Positions 57,398 through 64,000 of a stretch of 64,000 nt of DNA are shown here, piece after piece. The stretch is taken from contig JAJYTO010000001.1 of the NCBI GenBank assembly GCA_021793015.1, positions 7,738 through 71,737 on the forward strand, written 5' to 3'. The notes beneath the pieces were generated by a model. That model was not told the DNA's origin. It saw nothing but the letters and a program-made list of their open reading frames with translations, and did no database searches. Source of the DNA: Bacillota bacterium. GTDB lineage: Bacteria > Bacillota > Bacilli > Alicyclobacillales > SLC66. The translations under genes were made by a program, and so were the position numbers. Each line of letters opens with the position of its first letter. The stretch's first letter is position 1.

Positions 57398-57874
57398 TCA
57401 GATGCAGCGTTCTCCACACTGAACAGAACGAATCCATAATTTTCCCGTCAGACACTCCAGCGTCACGGTTCGTCCATAGCGTCCCCCCACATCCGCCGCG
57501 ACCAGCGGAATACCCAGACTCCGGAGCGCTTCTTGCGCCGCCTCCACATTGCGCGGGCCCACCCGGATCAGATCGATCCCGCTCGCCATCGCGAACATCT
57601 GCGCCCCGCCCGCCAACTTTGCGCACAGCCTCCTTTTCGTCGCGCCCTGCTCGATCAACAGACTGGCAAGCCGCGGCACCGCCGTATTGACATATTTGGC
57701 GACGTGAGGAGGGGCCGCGCTCGGCGAAGTCGGAAGCATGATGTGCGCCAAACCTGCGATGTGCGCCCGTTCATCGTACAGGGCAAGACCCACGCAGGAA
57801 CCGAGGCCAAACGTCCGCAACTCGTTCTCTTCTGTTGCGATCTTCAGATCGGCCATGCCGACTAGATGAATCAT
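57398..57874 (-). CDS. cheD: Chemoreceptor glutamine deamidase CheD
   Basis: GLGSCVGLALYD and GLAHIMLP motifs, 158 aa. ATGA overlap with cheC. Confidence 0.9.
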   Translation of the reverse strand: MIHLVGMADLKIATEENELRTFGLGSCVGLALYDERAHIAGLAHIMLPTSPSAAPPHVAKYVNTAVPRLASLLIEQGATKRRLCAKLAGGAQMFAMASGIDLIRVGPRNVEAAQEALRSLGIPLVAADVGGRYGRTVTLECLTGKLWIRSVQCGERCI

Positions 57875-58491
57875 AAGCCGCCCTCGACGCCCAGAGATCT
57901 CAACAACACGCGCTCCGTCCCCGGCGAAGGAAACAGGAACACATGCGCTCTCCCCTGTTCCTCCGGAACATTGATGGCGGTGTGGATAACAAGCGCGAAG
58001 TCGCCCAGCGGATTCTCCTCCAGCATTCCCATGGTCAGGATTGCCTGGGCCATGTCGACCGCGACAGACGGAACGGACGGTCGCAAGGCAAGCTGCGTAA
58101 AATCGGTCAGAGAAGACAGAAAATGGGCCGCCATAATATTCCCCAGTTCCTCCAGCACAGACTCCGCCACGGCGTCAAGCGGCAACTCATCGCCCGCTGC
58201 GGGCGCCAGCGAGGACAACAATCGCCGCGCGGCAGAGAGCGGCTGAATCACGAACAGATGCCCCGTCATATCGCCCGAAACTCTGACGTACGCCGCCGCA
58301 ACAGGCGCCTCGGGTCCTCCCAACGCTTCCGTAACGGCGTCAAACGATACCAGTTCGACCAGCGGCACCCGCATGGTCACGGGTTCGCCAACAAATTCTG
58401 AAAACGCGGCTGCGGCGTGTCCCGCTCCGATGTTCCCGAGTTCGCGCAGCGCGTCGGCAATCCTTTCCTCCATGTGCAGCCGCTGCGTCAC
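57871..58491 (-). CDS. cheC: CheY-P phosphatase CheC
   Basis: Duplicated (D/S)xxxE(x2)N(x22)P-type motifs (DALRELGNIGAGHAA, ESVLEELGNIMAAHF). ~206 aa. Confidence 0.88.
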   Translation of the reverse strand: MTQRLHMEERIADALRELGNIGAGHAAAAFSEFVGEPVTMRVPLVELVSFDAVTEALGGPEAPVAAAYVRVSGDMTGHLFVIQPLSAARRLLSSLAPAAGDELPLDAVAESVLEELGNIMAAHFLSSLTDFTQLALRPSVPSVAVDMAQAILTMGMLEENPLGDFALVIHTAINVPEEQGRAHVFLFPSPGTERVLLRSLGVEGGL

Positions 58492-58946
58492 GGCGTCACC
58501 TCCCCGTCATGGTCCATCTGCCGCTCCCGCGACGCCACATACTGACACAGATCAAGAACGAGGAGCATTCTGTCTCCGAGCGTAATCACGCCCCGCAACC
58601 ACCGCGGCGTTTCCCTTGCAATGGCCGCAGGCAATGGTTTGACACCGGCGTCATCGACAGGCACGACGCTGATCACGTCGTCCGCGACAAAACCCTTGGG
58701 CCCCGTTTCGCTGTACGTAACGATGAGACGGGTTTGCGCAGTCACTGTCATTGACTGCAGGTCCAGCAGGGCAAACGGAACAAATACGCTGATCGCCGTC
58801 CCGTTCACCTCTGCTACGCCGTCCGCTCCCTGCGGCGCTGGGGCGGACGCCCACGCCGGCGGCAGCCGCAGTACGGACTCCACCTGCGACGCGTCGGCCG
58901 CGTACTCTTCCGATCCGATCCGAAACAAGAGCGCTTCGATCGGCAA
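58488..58946 (-). CDS. cheW: Chemotaxis coupling protein CheW
   Basis: 152 aa with a CheW-like SH3 double barrel (LLFRIGSEEYA, LRGVITLGDRMLLVLDL). TTG start behind GGGAGGGA. Confidence 0.88.
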   Translation of the reverse strand: MPIEALLFRIGSEEYAADASQVESVLRLPPAWASAPAPQGADGVAEVNGTAISVFVPFALLDLQSMTVTAQTRLIVTYSETGPKGFVADDVISVVPVDDAGVKPLPAAIARETPRWLRGVITLGDRMLLVLDLCQYVASRERQMDHDGEVTP

Positions 58947-58987
58947 TCCCTCCCTTCATGGAACATGCATTGGTTTTGTATCGACCG

Positions 58988-59848
58988 CTATGTGGTGAAT
59001 CGGCGCAACAGAGCACCGATGCCATGGCGAACGTTTGGCTGGAGAGGTTGATCGCAGAGCGCGTTCTTTGCGATCTGCACCACACACCGGGTGGCGAGCG
59101 AGTGCGGTTCAGACAGCACAAACGGATGCTGTTTTGCCACGGCCCGCTGCACAGCGGCGTCCTCCAGCAGGTAGCCAAGCAATTCCATGTCTAGCCGCAA
59201 GAACTGCCGGACAACGAATTGCAGTTTGCGACTGGCGTCCATTCCGGCCGTCACGCTGTCAGTCCTGTTCACCAACAGCCGCGTTCGCGGCGTCCCCCCA
59301 GACTGCAGCACCAATTTCAGCAGCGTATACGCGTCGGCCAGCGCGGTGGGTTCAGGGGTCGTCACCAGCAACAGCTCGTCGCAAAGGCCAATGAGTTCCG
59401 CCGTATGCCTTCCAAACCCCGCTCCGAAATCAATGAAAATGCGATCGAATTGTCCGGAGATTTCCGCCAGTTGTTCGACCAGCCGTCTCAGTTGCCAGTC
59501 TGATTGGTTCTCCAGAAGCGTTTCGCCGCCGCCCGATACAAACGATATGCCCCGCGGCCCTTCGGTCAGGGCGTCCGCCAACTCTATCCTGTTGTCCATA
59601 ACGTCCTGCAGACCATACTTCGGGCACAATCCCAGCAGGATGTCGAGGTTGGAGAATCCAAGATCACCGTCGATAATCGCGATTGAGTTCCCGTAATCAG
59701 CTAAAGCCAGAGCCAAATTCAGCACGATGTTGGATTTGCCGACGCCTCCCTTGCCGCTGGCGACGGCGACAAGTCTTGCAGCCCCCGCGCCCCTATCGCG
59801 AGTCGATGCTTTCACCAACTGCCGCAAAGGTTCAGCCTGATCGGGCAT
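58988..59848 (-). CDS. flhG: Flagellar number regulator FlhG (MinD/ParA-type ATPase, YlxH)
   Basis: Deviant Walker A VASGKGGVGKSN and a MinD-like core. Start set at ATG 59848, overlapping the flhF end. Confidence 0.88.
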   Translation of the reverse strand: MPDQAEPLRQLVKASTRDRGAGAARLVAVASGKGGVGKSNIVLNLALALADYGNSIAIIDGDLGFSNLDILLGLCPKYGLQDVMDNRIELADALTEGPRGISFVSGGGETLLENQSDWQLRRLVEQLAEISGQFDRIFIDFGAGFGRHTAELIGLCDELLLVTTPEPTALADAYTLLKLVLQSGGTPRTRLLVNRTDSVTAGMDASRKLQFVVRQFLRLDMELLGYLLEDAAVQRAVAKQHPFVLSEPHSLATRCVVQIAKNALCDQPLQPNVRHGIGALLRRFTT

Positions 59849-61316
59849 GCCGTTCACCTCCCGTGAAGCATGAGGAGAGAAAATCGGAATCAACGACCAT
59901 GATGTCGTCAGGCACGCGCTGACCTGTTGTCAGATACGACAATGGTTTTTGCAACGTGTGTGCGGCAGCCAGACAGAGGGTTGGCAGAACCGTCTCGTCG
60001 AGCTTTGTGAACAGCAGGGCGTCGTAGCCGACGGAGGCGAGCACTTCAGCGACCTCCTTTGCTTCCAGCCAACGTGACGACAGGCTGAGCACCAGGTATC
60101 TGAGATCGATGGATATACCCCCCAACAGCGTGTCGATCTCCTGCGCATGTGAGTGATCAAGAAATGCCCTGCCCGTTGTGTCCACAAATACGAGATCGAG
60201 CTTCGACATGCTGTGCAGGCGTTCCTCCACTTCCGCAGCCGACCGGGCCACAGCAAGCGGTATACTTAGAATGTCTGCGTACGTCTTGAGTTGCTGCACA
60301 GCCGCCATGCGAAATGTGTCCACGGTCAGCAATCCCACCGATCGCCCGTCGCGCAGCTTCGCCTGGGCGGCCAATTTGGCGATCGTCGTGGTCTTGCCCA
60401 CTCCGGTGGGACCAAAGAACGCCACAACTCGGTCACTGCCGCCAATCGTTCTGACAGGTCCCGTTTCTTGCAGCAGAGTCCGGGAAAACCGAGTCAGCGC
60501 GGCATCCACCGCCCTAGGGTCGCGAATATCCGAGTGCGCCGCCTCGGTCATGAGAAAACGCTCCAGAAGCGGAGCAGGCAACTGCGCGTGCATGAGTCGT
60601 TCGACTACGCGCCCCAACGCCGTGCGATCCAGACCAGGAAGGCCGCCCGGCCCAATCAGCGCAGTGAGCAGGCTGCGGAGATCGCGCAGTTCACGCTCCA
60701 CCGCGACGGCGCCAGCGCCCGTTGCACCCGCCGCCAGACCGTCGCCGCTGACCGCGTATCCCGCGCTGGACGCATGGCCGACGACGACCCGCTTCCCCTT
60801 GGCATCCGCTGGCGCGTGTCCGGCTGTGGGGGCGCGTTCCGGGTGAAGCGCCGCAGCTCGTCCGCCTGCCGGCGCGCTTTCCCGGTGAACCGCCGCAGCT
60901 CGTCCGCCTGCCGGCGCGCTTTCCCGGTGAACCGCCGCAGCTCGTCCGCCTGCTGGCGCGCTTTCCGGGTGAAGCGCCGCAGCTCGTCCGCCTGCCGGCG
61001 CGCTTTCCCGGTGAACCGCCGCAGCTCGTCCGCCTGCCGGCGCGCTTTCCCGGTGAAGCGCCGGAAATCGTGGATCCGGTCCGAGCGACGCCTGAAAACC
61101 CGGTGATGCGCCCAGGGCGTTCACGGGCGCTTCTCTGGCGTAATCGTCATACTCGCGCCCCGCCACGACTTCGTATACCTTCACTCCGAACAGTCCAGAC
61201 CAGCCAACGGCCCGAATTTTCCGCTTTGACAGAATAACCGCCTCAGATCCCAATTCCGCCTTGATGACAGTGAGCACCTGAGGCAAGGACTTGGCGACGT
61301 AACGCTTGATAAACAC
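59832..61316 (-). CDS. flhF: Flagellar biosynthesis SRP-type GTPase FlhF with a repeat-expanded B domain
   Basis: N-terminal MFIKRYVAKSLPQVLTVIK and an NG domain with FFGPTGVGKTTT and DTTGR. The internal 14-aa repeat HRESAPAGGRAAAV occurs ~5 times. Confidence 0.9.
   Translation of the reverse strand: MFIKRYVAKSLPQVLTVIKAELGSEAVILSKRKIRAVGWSGLFGVKVYEVVAGREYDDYAREAPVNALGASPGFQASLGPDPRFPALHRESAPAGGRAAAVHRESAPAGGRAAALHPESAPAGGRAAAVHRESAPAGGRAAAVHRESAPAGGRAAALHPERAPTAGHAPADAKGKRVVVGHASSAGYAVSGDGLAAGATGAGAVAVERELRDLRSLLTALIGPGGLPGLDRTALGRVVERLMHAQLPAPLLERFLMTEAAHSDIRDPRAVDAALTRFSRTLLQETGPVRTIGGSDRVVAFFGPTGVGKTTTIAKLAAQAKLRDGRSVGLLTVDTFRMAAVQQLKTYADILSIPLAVARSAAEVEERLHSMSKLDLVFVDTTGRAFLDHSHAQEIDTLLGGISIDLRYLVLSLSSRWLEAKEVAEVLASVGYDALLFTKLDETVLPTLCLAAAHTLQKPLSYLTTGQRVPDDIMVVDSDFLSSCFTGGERHARSG
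60842..61065. repeat. ~5.3 x 42-bp in-frame tandem repeat inside flhF
   Basis: ggtgaa(g/c)cgccgcagctcgtccgcctgccggcgcgctttccc units run head to tail with only a few substitutions. Confidence 0.9.
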
Positions 61317-63352
61317 TAGACATTCACCACCCCTCCACTCTCAATCGGCGCGTCCGGATCAAGCTCCGCATAAGAGAGCACGAACACATCCGGAAGCGAG
61401 CGCTGCAACAATTTGCGTACGTGAGCCCGGATATTTGGCGACACAAGAAGAACGGCGGACTTGCCGAGCGCCGCCAGTCTGCCCATGTGATCGGCGACGC
61501 CCTTTAGCAACTGCTGCGCCACGCGCGGATCCAGCGCAAGATAGGTCCCCTGGTCAGTGCGCGACAGGTGTTCTTCGATGCTCCGTTCCGTTGCCTGGCT
61601 CAGCGTGATGGCCGTAATGGGCGCGGCGCCTGCAGCCCGGATCTGCGCCGTGATCTGCCTGCTGAGCCGCTGCCGGACGGCTTCGGTCAGCAGGTCCACA
61701 TCCTTTGTGAAGCGGGCCTGGTCGGAGAGCGCTTCCAGGATCGAAGGCAAGTCCCTGATGGACACTCGTTCATCGAGCAGGTTGGCGAGTACTTTCTGAA
61801 TCTCGCCAACCGTCAGCAACTGCGGAACAAGCTCTTCCACCAACACGGGCTGCCTTTCTTTGACAGAGTCCAGCAGTCCTTTGACCTCCTGACGGCCAAC
61901 CAGGCTGCCGGCGAATCGCTTGATCAGTTCTGTCAAATGCGTGGCGATCAGCGAAGGGGGATCCACCACCGTGTATCCGGACATCAGCGCCCGTTCGCGG
62001 ACAGACTCCCCAATCCACTCGGCGGGAAGTCCGAAAGCGGGTTCCTTCGTGGAGATCCCTACGACATTCGGATCGGCGACAGCTCCGGCCATGGCCAGAA
62101 AGTGCCCGGGCAGCAGTTCATAGCGCGCCGCTTCAGTGCCGTGAATACGAATGACATATTCATTCGGGCGCAATTGGATATTGTCCCGGAAACGGATCAT
62201 CGGAACGACAATTCCCAGATCCAGCGCAACCTGCCGACGAATCAAGGCCACACGCTCCAACAGATCGCCGCCCTGACTCGCATCCGCAAGCGGCACAATC
62301 GCATAGCCAAATTCAAACTCAATGGGTTCGATCTGAATGAGTCTGTACATGCTCTCCGGACTCTTCGTCGTTTTTGCCTGCTCCTGTTCAGCCTGCTGGC
62401 GTTCCCTAACCTCCAAGGCAGCACGCCGTCTTGACATGCTGTACGCAGAGTAGGCCAGCAGCAACGCAACGGGACCCGTGACGAAAATGCCGATGGGTGA
62501 GAACAGTCCCAGCACGGTCAGCACACCGGCCACTATGTACAGAGTCACAGGGTAGGAGAGCAGTTGATCGAGCATGTCAGACCCGAAATCCTGATTGGTT
62601 CCAGAACGCGTCACGATCAGACCCGTGGCGGTCGACAAGAGCAGTGCGGGCATCTGGCTCACCAGCCCGTCGCCTACCGACAGCAGGGTATAGGTGGACA
62701 GCGCTGTCTGAAATCCCATGCCCTGCTGCACCATGCCGATCACGAACCCGCCGAGGATATTCACGGCGACGATGATCATTGTTGCAATTGCGTCGCCCTT
62801 GACGAATTTGCTGGCGCCGTCCATGGCCCCATAAAAATCGGCCTCCTGCTCAATCGTGCGCCGCCTCGTCCTCGCCTCCGCCTCCGTGATCAGTCCTGAG
62901 TTGAGATCCGCGTCGATGCTGATCTGCTTCCCCGGCATCGCGTCCAACGTGAAACGGGCCGCCACTTCGGCCACCCGTTCGGCGCCTTTCGTGATCACGA
63001 TAAACTGGACGATGACCAGAATGATAAACACGATCATGCCGACCACCACATTACTTCCAATCACGAAGCTGCCAAATGTCTCGATCACTTGCCCTGCGTA
63101 TCCCTGCGTCAGAATGAGGCGCGTGGAAGAGATGTTGAGGGCGAGGCGAAACAGGGTCATGATCAGCAAAAGCGAGGGAAACGCCGAGAACTGCAGCGGT
63201 TCTTTCGTCGTCATGGCCACCAGCAGGACGGTCAGCGACGTCGCCAGATTGATGATCAGAAGCAGGCTGAGCAGGACTGGCGACATGGGAATGACCAGCA
63301 TGGTGACGATGGAAATCACGCCAATAATCGGCAGCAGGCTTAGACTTCTCAT
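61316..63352 (-). CDS. flhA: Flagellar type III export protein FlhA
   Basis: 678 aa with an N-terminal 8-TM domain, the FHIPEP motif region (FVKGDAIA) and a C-terminal cytoplasmic domain. Confidence 0.95.
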   Translation of the reverse strand: MRSLSLLPIIGVISIVTMLVIPMSPVLLSLLLIINLATSLTVLLVAMTTKEPLQFSAFPSLLLIMTLFRLALNISSTRLILTQGYAGQVIETFGSFVIGSNVVVGMIVFIILVIVQFIVITKGAERVAEVAARFTLDAMPGKQISIDADLNSGLITEAEARTRRRTIEQEADFYGAMDGASKFVKGDAIATMIIVAVNILGGFVIGMVQQGMGFQTALSTYTLLSVGDGLVSQMPALLLSTATGLIVTRSGTNQDFGSDMLDQLLSYPVTLYIVAGVLTVLGLFSPIGIFVTGPVALLLAYSAYSMSRRRAALEVRERQQAEQEQAKTTKSPESMYRLIQIEPIEFEFGYAIVPLADASQGGDLLERVALIRRQVALDLGIVVPMIRFRDNIQLRPNEYVIRIHGTEAARYELLPGHFLAMAGAVADPNVVGISTKEPAFGLPAEWIGESVRERALMSGYTVVDPPSLIATHLTELIKRFAGSLVGRQEVKGLLDSVKERQPVLVEELVPQLLTVGEIQKVLANLLDERVSIRDLPSILEALSDQARFTKDVDLLTEAVRQRLSRQITAQIRAAGAAPITAITLSQATERSIEEHLSRTDQGTYLALDPRVAQQLLKGVADHMGRLAALGKSAVLLVSPNIRAHVRKLLQRSLPDVFVLSYAELDPDAPIESGGVVNV

Positions 63353-63368
63353 AACGCGGCCTGACCTC

Positions 63369-63787
63369 CTATCCCGAAATATCGCCGCAGGCGTATATTT
63401 TTCCCAGTTGTTGGTGGCGCGTGAGCGCCATGAAGTCTATCCCCGAAAATCGCCGCAGGCGCATTTTCTTCCCGGTTGTTGGTGGCGCAAAGCGCCATGA
63501 AGTCTATCCCGAAAATACGGTGGTCCCTGCCTGCCAGGACGGATCATGCATGCCGCTGCCGCTCAGACAGCCGCGGCCCAAGGGCCGCTAATACTCGCTG
63601 CAGCGGCATGCATGATCCGTCCTGGCGGGAGTCCAGCGCTGTCGCTAAACTCGCGACGGGCGCAATATATGACTCCTCCCTGAGCGAGCTTTACGGCCGT
63701 GTAAAACTTCGCGACGTCTTTTCATCCTGCTGACGATGCCGCGCAGCGGTGAGATTTTGCTTCCCAAAACTCAGGCATGGCCGTCTA
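63369..63787. repeat. Modular intergenic repeat cluster R6 (two tandem A units, hp2, 3' half of hp1, T unit with H insert)
   Basis: A units at ~63369-63442 and ~63436-63509 are joined by gtctatcccc-gaaaat. The hp2 25-bp perfect stem is 63535-63559 / 63600-63624. Collinear with R1. Confidence 0.9.
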
Positions 63788-64000
63788 CAGAGCCCGATTG
63801 CGCAGACGGTACACGTACGCCAGCACCTCGGCGACCGCTCCGAACAGCTGGTCTGGCACGTAGTCCTCCAGTTGGACCAATTGATACAGAGAGCGTGCGA
63901 GAGGTTGATTCTCCACGATCGGCACATCATGGAGAAGCGCAACCTCGCGAATCCTGCGGGCGGTGTCGTCGACGCCTTTCGCCACAACCTGAGGGGCGTG
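63785..64000 (-). CDS. flhB: Flagellar export protein FlhB, C-terminal part (partial, continues beyond the window)
   Basis: APQVVAKGVDDTARRIREVALLHDVPIVENQPLARSLY is the typical FlhB C-terminal domain. The ORF is open to the window edge. Confidence 0.85.
   Translation of the reverse strand, partial: HAPQVVAKGVDDTARRIREVALLHDVPIVENQPLARSLYQLVQLEDYVPDQLFGAVAEVLAYVYRLRNRAL

Noticed and set aside
63369-63512. Tandem ~73-bp A units with a repeated ctatccc-gaaaat junction, which might be read as a small CRISPR-like array.
   Set aside because: The sequence between the junctions is itself conserved between units and between distant clusters, so there are no unique spacers. The period and repeat length do not fit CRISPR, and no cas genes are in the window.
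1-64000. A scan for defence islands, toxin-antitoxin pairs, prophage or integrase genes, transposases, tRNA, rRNA, tmRNA and riboswitches.
   Set aside because: Nothing convincing was seen. Every sizeable ORF with coding character belongs to the conserved housekeeping synteny. The only accessory-like content is the two non-coding repeat families.

Overview
GC-rich 64-kb chromosomal core segment from a spore-forming, flagellated Firmicute. The high-GC Bacillales or Alicyclobacillaceae-like placement is inferred from composition and synteny only; no search was run. Almost every credible gene lies on the minus strand. Read on the minus strand from high to low coordinates, the order follows the classical Bacillus subtilis region: flhB-flhA-flhF-flhG-cheW-cheC-cheD, then rpsB-tsf-pyrH-frr-uppS-cdsA-dxr-rseP-polC, then rimP-nusA-ylxR-ylxQ-infB-rbfA-(DHH)-truB-ribF-rpsO-pnp, then ylxY-M16 peptidase-dut-dpaA-dpaB-asd-dapG-dapA, then rnj-tepA-ylzJ-ftsK/spoIIIE, then ymfK-like-rodZ-yajQ-rimO-pgsA-cinA-(DEAD-box helicase)-recA-recX-rny-ymdB-dipeptidase. 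Most long plus-strand ORFs in the track are antisense shadows of these genes. I saw no tRNA, rRNA, CRISPR array, transposase, integrase or defence island. The unusual content is non-coding. (1) A modular, hairpin-rich repeat family forms six co-oriented clusters (5682-5942, 13799-13880, 20046-20445, 30204-30482, 53531-53880, 63369-63787). These sit between genes of otherwise tight conserved operons, and stems show compensatory base changes between copies. (2) A second, MITE-like palindromic element with 16-bp terminal inverted repeats (GGGGACATGTGATAAA) occurs in three copies (4520-4578, 12793-12988, 40611-40732); one copy carries a 4x25-bp tandem expansion. Other points of interest: a recA SOS box and promoter separated from recA by a repeat cluster; in-frame tandem repeats in flhF and infB; a fla/che operon tail lacking cheA, cheB and sigD; and a rimP-nusA leader attenuator. 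All protein calls rest on motifs recognised by eye. Start codons were refined by looking for SD sequences and family-typical N-termini.
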